Assembly (NCBI GenBank): GCA_964349125.1
Contig: CAYGFH010000001.1
Span: 389,408-453,407, forward strand
DNA from: an uncultured Gammaproteobacteria bacterium
GTDB lineage: Bacteria > Patescibacteriota > Microgenomatia > UBA10105 > UBA927
Length of the DNA: 64,000 nt
Direction of reading: 5' to 3'
Shown: one piece after another, positions 8,529-17,647 of the stretch
Numbering within the stretch: position 1 is the stretch's first letter
Layout of the letters: each line of letters begins with the position of its first letter
Notes under the pieces: generated by a model
What the model was told of the DNA's origin: nothing
Databases searched by the model: none
The model's input: only the letters and a program-made list of their open reading frames with translations
Made by a program: the position numbers and the translations under genes

Positions 8529-11225
8529 ATGTCAAAACTTGGACTAAAAACACTGTTTAACCCGAAAACGATTGCCATAATAGGTGCTTCAAATAAAAAA
8601 GAGCATACCGGTTATTCCATTATGAAGAATCTGATTTATGATGGATTTCCCGGACGTGTGTACCCTGTGAATCCAAACACCGAAAGTGTATTCGGCAGCA
8701 AATCATATAAAACACTCGCCGATATCCCCGAACAAATAGACCTTGCGGTTATCGCGGTTCCCGCAGCCATCAGCTGCGAGATTTTGGAGCAATGCGGAAA
8801 GCTTCATGTTCACAGCGTCGTGATAATATCTTCCGGTTTTAAAGAAACCGGTGATTCAGGTACACAGCTGTTTGAAAAAATCAAACAGATAGCCAAACAG
8901 TATGAGATCACCATACTGGGGCCAAACTGTCTGGGATTCATGCGTCCATCCAAATCACTGAACGTCAGTTTCGCGAATAAATCCGCCCGCGCCGGAAGCG
9001 TGGCGTTTATCTCACAAAGCGGCGCTCTTTGCACTGCTGTACTTGATTGGTCAGTGAAACAGCAAATTGGGTTTAGCTATTTCGTCTCAATCGGTGAAAT
9101 GGCCAATGTGGGATTTCATGACCTCATCGATTATTTTGGAAATGATCCGGATACATCGAGTATTTTACTGTACGTCGAGTCTCTTGATCACGCCCGCACA
9201 TTTTTGAGTGCCGCAAGAGCATACGCCAGGACAAAGCCGATTATTGTGCTTAAATCAGGGAAAAGTGCTGAGGGCGCGAGAGCTGCGAGATCCCATACAG
9301 GTAGTCTCGCAGGCAATGACGAGGCATTTAACGCTGCGTTCGCCCGGGCAGGGATGCTCAGAGTCAACACGATTAGTGAACTGTTTGACTGCGCTGAAGT
9401 GCTTTCTACAGCACAACACCCGTCAGGAAATAAACTGGGGATTGTTACCAACGCAGGCGGGCCGGGTGTCATAGCTACTGATTACCTCATCGACAAAGGT
9501 GGAGAATTGGCACAGTTATCCAACGAAACGATTAGTACACTTAATGCATCGCTCCCTCCTAGCTGGAGTCACGGTAATCCTGTGGATGTATTAGGTGATG
9601 CCGATGCCATGCGATACAAAAATGCGCTGGAAGCGGTACTTCATGACCAAAGTACAGATGCAGCCCTCGTGCTTCTGACGCCACAGTCGATGACACACCC
9701 AGTATCAGTCGCCCGCGAAATCATAGATATAGCAAAAAAATACAGCAAGGTTATTCTTACATCATTTTTAGGAGCAGATGATGTTGCACCTGCACGTCAA
9801 TTGCTTCGCGATGCGCATATCCCCACGTATGAAACGCCGGAAAAAGCCATACGCAGTTTTATGAATATGGTTGCATATTCCAGGAATTTGGATATGCTCT
9901 ATGAAACACCTGCGACTATTCCGCATGCATTTTCTCCAAAAACACAGAAAAACAGGGAGATCATACAACACGCACTGAAAGAAGAGCGATACGTGTTAAA
10001 CGAACTGGAAGCAAAGGCATTTCTGAAAAATTATGATATGCCTATCCCCCAGTCATTTTTATGCACTACAGAGGATGACGCGATTGCGAAAGCTAAAGAA
10101 ATAGGATTCCCTATCGCCATGAAAGTGGTGTCGCCCCAAATTCTCCATAAGATAGATGTAGGTGGCGTTGCATTAAACATTAACTCAGAACAAGATGTGG
10201 CACGAGCATTCCAATCTGTGACAACCACACCAAAATCTCACATGCCTGACGCTGAAATCCAAGGAGCTCTGTTGGAACCGATGACCACCAAGAAATATGA
10301 ATTATTTGTAGGCTGCAAGAAAGATCCGATCTTCGGACCAACGATAGTTTTCGGACTCGGCGGCATAGCAGTAGAGGTGTTTCATGATGTGACTGTTGCA
10401 CTCCCTCCTCTCAATATGGCTCTCGCCCTTCGCATGATTCAGAAAACAAAAGTATACAAATTACTAAACGGATATAGAGGAGCACCAAAAGTCGATATAA
10501 ATATTATTCAATTTCTTCTGTATAAGTTTTCCTATCTTGTCACTGATTTTCCAGAAATCAAAGAGATAGACATAAATCCGTTTGGTATCGATGAACACGG
10601 AGGCATCGTGTTGGATGCAAAAATTATTCTGGACGAAACTGTTTCCTTTAATCCCGACAACCCATATGGACACCTTGTCATCTCTCCCTATCCATCCAAA
10701 TATGTGAAGCATGTCACAGTGACCGGAGACAGACAGATCACACTTCGACCAATACTCCCGGAGGATGAACCGATGGAAGCGGAGATGTTTACGCATTTTT
10801 CGCCACAGACACAAAAATTCAGATTTTTTGAACTGATCAAAGATATTTCCCATCAAATGCTTATCCGCTACACACAGATAGACTATGACCGCGAAATTGC
10901 GATAATCGCAGAGGAAAAAACTAAAGAAAATAAACGGATGCTCGGTGTGGCGCGCATCATCGGCGATTCATATGGCGAGAAAGCGGAGTTTGCCATAGTT
11001 GTCGCAGATCCGTATCAGAATCTGGGGCTGGGAACTCTCCTTATGGACTATATACTCGAGATTGCAAAAGATAGGCACATGAATACCATATACGCATATA
11101 TGCTGCCGGAAAACACCAAAATGATCACGATGATGCAAAAGAGAGGATTCATCTGCACGACCAGTGATGATACGATAAAAGCGACACTTACACTCAACGA
11201 ACATGAAACGCAAAACACACAGTAA
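8529..11225 (+). CDS. Pat-type protein lysine acetyltransferase: NDP-forming acyl-CoA synthetase domains fused to a C-terminal GNAT
   Basis: 898 aa. An N-terminal CoA-binding/succinyl-CoA-ligase-like region (IGASNKKEHTGY...VIAVPA) is followed by an ATP-grasp region (FPIAMKVVSPQILHKIDVGGV) and a C-terminal GNAT core (AIVVADPYQNLGLGTLLMDYILEIAKDRHMNTIYAYMLPENTKMITMMQKRGF). This is the same architecture as Salmonella Pat/YfiQ. It starts 2 nt after the deacetylase stop. Confidence 0.8.
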   Translation: MSKLGLKTLFNPKTIAIIGASNKKEHTGYSIMKNLIYDGFPGRVYPVNPNTESVFGSKSYKTLADIPEQIDLAVIAVPAAISCEILEQCGKLHVHSVVIISSGFKETGDSGTQLFEKIKQIAKQYEITILGPNCLGFMRPSKSLNVSFANKSARAGSVAFISQSGALCTAVLDWSVKQQIGFSYFVSIGEMANVGFHDLIDYFGNDPDTSSILLYVESLDHARTFLSAARAYARTKPIIVLKSGKSAEGARAARSHTGSLAGNDEAFNAAFARAGMLRVNTISELFDCAEVLSTAQHPSGNKLGIVTNAGGPGVIATDYLIDKGGELAQLSNETISTLNASLPPSWSHGNPVDVLGDADAMRYKNALEAVLHDQSTDAALVLLTPQSMTHPVSVAREIIDIAKKYSKVILTSFLGADDVAPARQLLRDAHIPTYETPEKAIRSFMNMVAYSRNLDMLYETPATIPHAFSPKTQKNREIIQHALKEERYVLNELEAKAFLKNYDMPIPQSFLCTTEDDAIAKAKEIGFPIAMKVVSPQILHKIDVGGVALNINSEQDVARAFQSVTTTPKSHMPDAEIQGALLEPMTTKKYELFVGCKKDPIFGPTIVFGLGGIAVEVFHDVTVALPPLNMALALRMIQKTKVYKLLNGYRGAPKVDINIIQFLLYKFSYLVTDFPEIKEIDINPFGIDEHGGIVLDAKIILDETVSFNPDNPYGHLVISPYPSKYVKHVTVTGDRQITLRPILPEDEPMEAEMFTHFSPQTQKFRFFELIKDISHQMLIRYTQIDYDREIAIIAEEKTKENKRMLGVARIIGDSYGEKAEFAIVVADPYQNLGLGTLLMDYILEIAKDRHMNTIYAYMLPENTKMITMMQKRGFICTTSDDTIKATLTLNEHETQNTQ

Positions 11226-12120
11226 AAGACAAACCCCTTCCATTTCATTTGCAAAAAGTTTTATCAGTATCAGCATCCTCGGATTTGTCGTTCTTAGTGT
11301 GGGTATGCAAATCATCTTTCCAAAACGTCAGACTCTGCACACGCTAGCCGCTCTCCCCATCCCACAAGCCCGACCAGAAATTTATCTCCCAGGTCCCTAT
11401 GAGGCCGCCACAATCGAATCACCGATACTTGGAGCGGACACAGTCGAACCGCGTGACGTCATCACCTATATTAATAACGAACGCATGAAAGTCGGCAGTC
11501 CTCCACTTCGCACCAATAAATTGCTTTCTCTTGCGGCGCAAAAACGCGCAGATGTGATACTTAAATATCAAAATTTTTCCCACCACGATCCGCACGAACA
11601 TGTCCAGCTCGATACGGTTCTTCCCATGGTCAACTATCCTTTCCGCTTCGCTTCTGAAAATATCGGCATGGGCGACAGCAGCGCGTACGGATTTGTAAAC
11701 GGTTTTATGAGCAGTCCCAGCCATAAAGCAAATTTGCTAAATCCTGAACTCGAAGAGACTGGAGTTGCCATCGTAACAGGAGCATATCAGCAATATTATG
11801 TAAATATCGCAGTACAGTTATTTGCCATCCCGGCGACAAAAGAACAATACCTGGGATACTCCGAGGAGGATAAAGATAACTACAAACAATTATTGAAAGA
11901 TATTGAGGGACAACTTGCCCTGACGCGTGACAGACTTTCCAATGGGGTAAGCGATGCGGAGTATTACGAAGGATGGCAAAAGATTCTCATACGACAAAAA
12001 GAAATAGTCACACTTCTCTACACAACCACACTGCAAAATCAGCCGCTGGTAAAAGATCTGGTAACTCTCATTGGTGAATACAATACGAATTGGAACCTGG
12101 TTCCAAAAAGCGGAACGTAA
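11203..12120 (+). CDS. CAP/SCP/PR-1 domain extracytoplasmic protein with N-terminal signal anchor
   Basis: Basic N-terminus plus a TM helix, then CAP-domain signatures (HHDPHEH, FASENIGMG, GFMSSPSHKANLLNPE). It overlaps the 3' end of the Pat-like gene by 23 nt. Confidence 0.6.
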   Translation: MKRKTHSKRQTPSISFAKSFISISILGFVVLSVGMQIIFPKRQTLHTLAALPIPQARPEIYLPGPYEAATIESPILGADTVEPRDVITYINNERMKVGSPPLRTNKLLSLAAQKRADVILKYQNFSHHDPHEHVQLDTVLPMVNYPFRFASENIGMGDSSAYGFVNGFMSSPSHKANLLNPELEETGVAIVTGAYQQYYVNIAVQLFAIPATKEQYLGYSEEDKDNYKQLLKDIEGQLALTRDRLSNGVSDAEYYEGWQKILIRQKEIVTLLYTTTLQNQPLVKDLVTLIGEYNTNWNLVPKSGT

Positions 12121-12128
12121 TGCAGAGA

Positions 12129-13340
12129 TTAAAAGAGTATAAGACTCGGCTTCAGTATCATGATCGCCCCCAGAAGTATCATAAGTATGCCGCCTATGAG
12201 GTTCGACGTTTTACTGTACTTCGTCGTTAACGACAATTTTTCGGCGCCGTAGAGGGCTAGTCCAAACACGATAAAATCGTCAATCATATAGAACAGTATA
12301 TATATGCCGATATACATCATGTATTCCAATGAATTCAACTGATTTAATTCCAAAATCTTGGTGAACGATTGCGGTATACCAATGGAGCAGGCAAACTCAA
12401 TGATGTTTACGGAAAATGCCACCACCAGAATGCCGACACAGGTATAGAGGGAAAATTTTTCGGCTGTCAGTTTTTTAAGCGTTGCTACTGTTTTGCTTCT
12501 CTGCTCAAGTCCGGTCACATGGCATTCAAGTTCCTTTTTGCGCCATTCACGGAGGAAAAATACACCGCCTATTATGGTCACAATTCCGATAATTGGAGTG
12601 ATGATGGAATCAAGCTGCACGAAATTCCATGTTTTGTACCATACAGTCAAAATAAGCGTGTACATAATGGCTTCAGCAAATATAAAAATCCCCGCGTACA
12701 CCAGCATTTTTTTCCGACTCCCCGCCTGAAGAAGCAGCAACAAGAAGGTAACAAGCACCCACATGGCACAGGGGTTAAATCCGTCTATAAAACCGAGTAT
12801 TGAACTTATGGCCACGAGCGGGTATTTTGCGGAATCGATTGTGCCAAATATTGGGATAGTCACCTGCATCCCCGGTTTTTCAATCTCGCAGGGTACAAGA
12901 CCACTTTCATCGCAGATACTGGTTTTTTCTCCATATAGCGTCGCTTTCTCTAAATCCGTTTTTGTGTGTTCTCGGTCAGCCCGATCTATAAGTTCTGAAA
13001 TAATTTTTCCTGTCGTTTTCTCTGAATCAAACCCGATGATATAGGAAGTACCGATGATAGTAATGGGTGTTACTTTCGCAGTATTCGTGCGGGTGGTAAA
13101 CACGACAAACGCATCACTGGATTCTTTATCTGCCACGTTTAGTAGCGTAAGGGAAATATTTTTTTCTGTTTCCAATTTTTTCAGAAACTTTTCTTCGTCC
13201 TGGCAATGAGTACATCCGGTTCGTACGAAAACGGTAACATTGGTTTTTTCATGCACTTCGCCGTTGTGGGCAGAGGCTACGCCTGCGCCGAAAAATAATA
13301 GTGTGACAATTCCAAGAAATATGAGGAAGTACTTTCGCAT
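12129..13340 (-). CDS. Thioredoxin/glutaredoxin-like domain fused to a CcdA/DsbD-type transmembrane disulfide-reductase domain
   Basis: Signal peptide and a periplasmic CTHC motif in a Trx-fold context, followed by a multi-TM region with GFIDGFNPCAMWVL (the CcdA/DsbD NPC motif) and a second membrane Cys. Confidence 0.5.
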   Translation of the reverse strand: MRKYFLIFLGIVTLLFFGAGVASAHNGEVHEKTNVTVFVRTGCTHCQDEEKFLKKLETEKNISLTLLNVADKESSDAFVVFTTRTNTAKVTPITIIGTSYIIGFDSEKTTGKIISELIDRADREHTKTDLEKATLYGEKTSICDESGLVPCEIEKPGMQVTIPIFGTIDSAKYPLVAISSILGFIDGFNPCAMWVLVTFLLLLLQAGSRKKMLVYAGIFIFAEAIMYTLILTVWYKTWNFVQLDSIITPIIGIVTIIGGVFFLREWRKKELECHVTGLEQRSKTVATLKKLTAEKFSLYTCVGILVVAFSVNIIEFACSIGIPQSFTKILELNQLNSLEYMMYIGIYILFYMIDDFIVFGLALYGAEKLSLTTKYSKTSNLIGGILMILLGAIMILKPSLILF

Positions 13341-13465
13341 AGGCTATTACTATACCAGATTTTTTTGAAAAACCGAGTGGCGAATAATTACAGATGTACT
13401 ATCTGTTGCTACCGGCATAACAATAGAGCTGTTGACAGTTATTCAAACCAGTCGTAGTATAGCTA

Positions 13466-13575
13466 CTGCAGTATCAAGAGTGATGGTGAGGGACTTAGCC
13501 CGTTGACCCATCCAGCAACCGATTCCATATGGACCACGGTGCTCCAGCTAAATTTCGATATGATCACACTATACG
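13466..13575 (+). ncRNA. SAM-I (S-box) riboswitch in the metK leader
   Basis: TATCAAGAGTGATGGTGAGGGACTTAGCCCGTTGACCCATCCAGCAACC matches the SAM-I core consensus (AUCaAGAG.GG.GGAGGGAc.GGCCCg.UGA.CCC.GCAACC). A GGUGCU element follows downstream, and a 5' GTATC / 3' GATAT P1 pairing is possible. It lies about 260 nt upstream of metK on the same strand. Two T-runs follow at 13587-13594 and 13602-13607. Confidence 0.6.
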
Positions 13576-13830
13576 TGGTACACATCTTTTTTTTGCCCTC
13601 TTTTTTCCCATTTCAGTTTCCACACACTGATCCCAATCATCTATTTACTTCAGAGGAGGTGCCTATGACGTAAGTTCCCATTGGCCCGTTCCCAACAAAA
13701 AAAGGCAAAAATGTGTGCCTAATCCCGGGGGGATTACTTTCCGAAAAGTCTTTCAACTTTACGGGGTTCATTTTGTGCCTTTTCGTAACAATACCACCCC
13801 CCACCATATTTATCAATACAAGGAGAATAT

Positions 13831-14979
13831 ATGAATGTAGAATATCATGCGTCTGAATCAGTTGCAGGCGGTCACCCGGACAAAGTGTGTGATCAGATAG
13901 CGGCACAGATACTGGACGAAGCGATCATTGCTTCCCAACCGTTTGAGCATCGCCCACGTGTCGCCATGGAAGTCTCCGCGAAAGGCACTCCAGACGGCGG
14001 GACACTTATGCTCTTTGGAGAGGTTACACTCCCAACAGGAGTGCAATTAGACTATGCGGATATAGCAAGAAAAACAATCAGTGACATAGGGTATACAGAT
14101 AGTTCATCAGGGTTTCATGCGGGATTGGGTGAAGTATTAGTCCGCATTACCCAACAGTCATCTGATATCAGTCATGGTGTCTCTCGAAAACGTACCGGTG
14201 CGGGAGATCAGGGACTCATGTTTGGCGGAGCGATAGATGAAACAGACCAATACATGCCGATGCCCATTGCCATCGCTCATGATCTGACGGATATATATAC
14301 CTATTTGTCCAAAAACGGACTCTCGTGGCTTCGTCCCGATGCAAAGTCACAAGTGGTGCTGCGATATGAGGACGGCAAACCGGTCGGGATCCATAAGATC
14401 GTCATTGCGGCATCGCACGACCCGCTTATACAGATTGGCGATTTGCGGCAGACTGTCACAAACGAAATTATTCGTCCGATCGTCGACCGGTATGGACTGC
14501 GCATTGATGATCCGGAAAAACAAATTGTGATAAACGGTGCGGGCCCATGGACTATATATGGCCCACTTGCCGATGCGGGAACGACAAACAGGAAAATAAT
14601 CGTCGATTCCTACGGTGGGAGATTTCCGCATGGAGGCGGTGGATTCAACGGCAAAGATCCCACAAAGGTAGATTTGGCGGGAGCAGTTGGAGCACGATAT
14701 ATCGCCAAAGGATTGGTGGCGGAAAAGCTTGCCAAAAAAGTGCAGATAGAAGTCTGCTATGTGATAGGAAATCCCGATCCACTCGCCATTCAGGTTGATA
14801 CATTCGGCACAGAGTCCAGGCCAAAAAACATTGTGGAAGATCGCGCCAGGGAGCTCTTGAATATGTCGGTCGACGGCATCATAGATGGACTTGATCTTGT
14901 ACAACCTGTATACAGGCAAGCTTCTGTGGGTGGATTCTTTGGACGGGATATTTTCCCGTGGGAGAAGACGAACAGATAA
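13831..14979 (+). CDS. metK: S-adenosylmethionine synthetase
   Basis: Contains ESVAGGHPDKVCDQIAAQILDEA and GAGDQGLMFGGA. Full 382-aa MetK with a GGAG RBS. Confidence 0.95.
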   Translation: MNVEYHASESVAGGHPDKVCDQIAAQILDEAIIASQPFEHRPRVAMEVSAKGTPDGGTLMLFGEVTLPTGVQLDYADIARKTISDIGYTDSSSGFHAGLGEVLVRITQQSSDISHGVSRKRTGAGDQGLMFGGAIDETDQYMPMPIAIAHDLTDIYTYLSKNGLSWLRPDAKSQVVLRYEDGKPVGIHKIVIAASHDPLIQIGDLRQTVTNEIIRPIVDRYGLRIDDPEKQIVINGAGPWTIYGPLADAGTTNRKIIVDSYGGRFPHGGGGFNGKDPTKVDLAGAVGARYIAKGLVAEKLAKKVQIEVCYVIGNPDPLAIQVDTFGTESRPKNIVEDRARELLNMSVDGIIDGLDLVQPVYRQASVGGFFGRDIFPWEKTNR

Positions 14980-14982
14980 CAG

Positions 14983-16038
14983 CTATTCCACATCACTGCC
15001 ATCCGGAAGTTCAAGCGTACTGATGGTTGGCAGTGATGGTCCGGCTATCCCCTGCATACTGCCATAGATACCGGAGACACTAGAGAGAAGCCTATTAACC
15101 TGGGCTTCTCTTTGTTTCCATGACTTTTCAAACGCGGTGCGTTCGCGGGCAATTTGCTCCCGCATATCGTTATATGTTTCCACCATTGCCTCGACTTGGT
15201 TTGCAAACTCATGACTGGTTATATATCCGTACAACTCCTCCGCCTTGGTAGCCTGATTTTGTGCAATCATTTTTTGTCTGGCGCTATCAAGCAGCGCTTT
15301 CCGAAGCAGCATCGCAAGCGGGAGTGTATGCATCGGGCTTGCCACCCATACCCCATCACGCAGGCCAATACCTGATTTTATTTCCTCCGGAAGTGTTTCA
15401 CTGATGATGGCCGGGATATTTGCCTTATCGCTCCTCAAATCTTCTTTCAGTTTATCAACCCATCCGTCACTCCATGCTTTGGTCCGTTTGGATTCCCACA
15501 GTATATGTCCGCAGTCCATCCCCCGCGGGCTTCTGACAATGTGCCGAATATCGGCTCCCAGTACGCCTTTGCCGATCGGCTCGATAGTATCTCCGGGGAA
15601 TTCTTTTTGGAGCAATTCTTCCAAATCCAATTCCTGTACTTCCCCCTGCAGTTGTTGTGAGCCCTGCGATGCTTTTCTCTGTGCGTCCTCGAGGGACTTT
15701 TTCAGATCATCGATGACTTTATCTTTTTCTCTTTCTTTCAGTCTCTGAGACTCAGCAGCTTCTTCCAGAGTTTTTTGTCTGATCTTTTCCCTCTCCAAAT
15801 CCAGTTGACGCTGTTTATCCAGATCAAATGTCCGGCGCTCTTCATCGAGTTTATTTTTTTGTTTCCGCAGTTCCAGCTCTGTATTTTGCGCGGCTTCCAA
15901 TTGTTTTTTTACGAGAGAGAGCTCTTTTTCGTGCTTCTCCTGCTGCTCCGCAATAATTTTTTCTTCGACCTGATGGGATATAGCTTCTGAAATCTCGATT
16001 GTCTTTTTACAGTGAGGACAGATAAGAGTGGTTTGCAT
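14983..16038 (-). CDS. DUF2130-like coiled-coil protein with N-terminal CPHC zinc-ribbon
   Basis: 351 aa. The N-terminus has CPHCKK, followed by a long E/K/Q-rich coiled coil and a conserved C-terminal globular domain. I recognise it only as a domain of unknown function. Confidence 0.45.
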   Translation of the reverse strand: MQTTLICPHCKKTIEISEAISHQVEEKIIAEQQEKHEKELSLVKKQLEAAQNTELELRKQKNKLDEERRTFDLDKQRQLDLEREKIRQKTLEEAAESQRLKEREKDKVIDDLKKSLEDAQRKASQGSQQLQGEVQELDLEELLQKEFPGDTIEPIGKGVLGADIRHIVRSPRGMDCGHILWESKRTKAWSDGWVDKLKEDLRSDKANIPAIISETLPEEIKSGIGLRDGVWVASPMHTLPLAMLLRKALLDSARQKMIAQNQATKAEELYGYITSHEFANQVEAMVETYNDMREQIARERTAFEKSWKQREAQVNRLLSSVSGIYGSMQGIAGPSLPTISTLELPDGSDVE

Positions 16039-16059
16039 AGTTTGGTTATTCTATAGCAC

Positions 16060-16932
16060 TTATGTGTTAGATTCCACTACTGCTTGCTGTAGCTTCTTAC
16101 TTCGCAGCTCAACGCTGATCAAAAATGAAGTTGAGAGAATAATCAGCCCGCCGATAATCATATTTGCCGTCACCTGTTCACGAAACAGAACGACACCGAA
16201 TAGCACAGAAAGTACTATATCGATCATTGCTATGGATGCGGCGGTCGGACTCACTTTCTTTATGGCGGAAAAATACAATAAGAAAGCCACGAGTCCCATC
16301 AGAAATCCTGAAGTGGATGCCACAGCAAACTGCCATGGCGCGGGAAACGGGGTGTTGATAAACAGGAACGGCAAAAAGATAAACGCACCCACAACATTCT
16401 GGTAAAAAATCGCCTCGGTTTTGCTGTACCTCTCCAGCTCTTTTTTGGAAATGATGATGGTGAGCTGATAGATAGCCGTAGAAAGCACAGCGAGACTCAT
16501 TCCGACGAAGTCTTTGTTCTCAAATGAAAACGGCAAACTGCTGTAGAGGATACACAGCCCGATAAAAGATGAGAGAAGCAGAAGCGACCGCTTCAATGTT
16601 ATTTGTTCCCTGAGAAATATAAAACTGAATAGAAACAAAAATAGGGGTCCTGTCGATGATCCCAGACTGGCGTTACCGATTGTCGCCATATTGTACGCCG
16701 CAAACATGATATACAGGCGAAAAGCGTTAAGGACAGATGACACAAGTAGCCATGTTATATTTCCGCGGAATAATCGTATCTTTTTGTAAATAAAGTAAAA
16801 AAACAATATGACAGTCGGCACTGCGAGGCGAAAAAACGATAACGTTGTAGAGGGCAAATGGAGCACTTTTATAAATGAGCCCGACGCGCCAAATAGCACG
16901 GATACGATCATGAGTTCAATGTACGGGTTCAT
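16060..16932 (-). CDS. DMT-superfamily (EamA-like) transporter
   Basis: About 10 TM helices in two EamA-like halves. The start is chosen at MNPYIELM; the ORF track extends the ORF to 17007. Confidence 0.55.
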   Translation of the reverse strand: MNPYIELMIVSVLFGASGSFIKVLHLPSTTLSFFRLAVPTVILFFYFIYKKIRLFRGNITWLLVSSVLNAFRLYIMFAAYNMATIGNASLGSSTGPLFLFLFSFIFLREQITLKRSLLLLSSFIGLCILYSSLPFSFENKDFVGMSLAVLSTAIYQLTIIISKKELERYSKTEAIFYQNVVGAFIFLPFLFINTPFPAPWQFAVASTSGFLMGLVAFLLYFSAIKKVSPTAASIAMIDIVLSVLFGVVLFREQVTANMIIGGLIILSTSFLISVELRSKKLQQAVVESNT

Positions 16933-17027
16933 ATCCACGGAGTGTATCAGGTATGAAAACCTCATACAACGATAGTAGATTACAATACACATGAATCGAT
17001 TGATCAATTCATGTGAGTCAGTGTGTG

Positions 17028-17600
17028 TTAACTTTCTTTCATCACGTAGTTGTGAAGGGAGCGGCGAATTGCTTTATAGTCGGGAATCATTTTTTCTACG
17101 AGTTTCCAAAAGTTAGGACCGTGATTATGTTCTTTTAAATGGCATATCTCATGAACGATCACATAGTCCATGGTTTTCTCAGGGACATAGACGAGTTTGT
17201 AGTTAAACTGTAAATTCCCTGATCTGCTGCAACTTCCCCAGAGTGATGTCTGATTTTTGATGCTTATTTTATTGTAGGTAAATTTATAAAAACTGTTGAA
17301 AAATTCCACCCGCTCGGTGACCATTTTTCTCACGGTATTTTTGTTATATTCGTATTCTTCCTTAGGAAACTGTATGACTATTTTCCCTTCCGTCTGTTTT
17401 TTGATACGGGACAGATGCTTTAAAATCCACGAGGCTTTCTGAATCAAAAATCCATCGATGTACCGTTCATGCCACGCATTGGGAATTGTTACGATGAGTC
17501 CTTGGTCAGGATGAATCACCATACGTAAATTGCGGGAGCGCGCGTTCGTGCGCACAGTATACGAAATAGTTTGATCTTGAAGTACGATGTCCTTTTGCAT
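17028..17600 (-). CDS. YgjP-like (DUF45/SprT-like) zinc metallopeptidase
   Basis: C-terminal YVIVHEICHLKEHNHGPNFWKLV matches the HExxH...NHs.xFW signature of the YgjP/UTP-pyrophosphatase family. Confidence 0.7.
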   Translation of the reverse strand: MQKDIVLQDQTISYTVRTNARSRNLRMVIHPDQGLIVTIPNAWHERYIDGFLIQKASWILKHLSRIKKQTEGKIVIQFPKEEYEYNKNTVRKMVTERVEFFNSFYKFTYNKISIKNQTSLWGSCSRSGNLQFNYKLVYVPEKTMDYVIVHEICHLKEHNHGPNFWKLVEKMIPDYKAIRRSLHNYVMKES

Positions 17601-17647
17601 ATCGCTATAGTATAGAAAATTAGTGAGGGAAATGACACCTCATAAAT

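Noticed and set aside
12369-13044. Three + strand ORFs antisense to the Trx-CcdA gene
   Set aside because: They are entirely internal to a well-supported membrane-protein gene with a conserved NPC motif, so they are shadow ORFs.
13663-13671. Two-codon mini-ORF (ATG ACG TAA) behind a strong AGGAGGT SD in the metK leader
   Set aside because: It is too short to call as a gene. It is mentioned in the metK leader finding as a possible regulatory uORF and is not listed as a feature.
13637-13906. 89-aa minus-strand ORF overlapping the metK start and leader
   Set aside because: It overlaps the riboswitch leader and the conserved MetK N-terminus, has no RBS and no motif. It is likely spurious.
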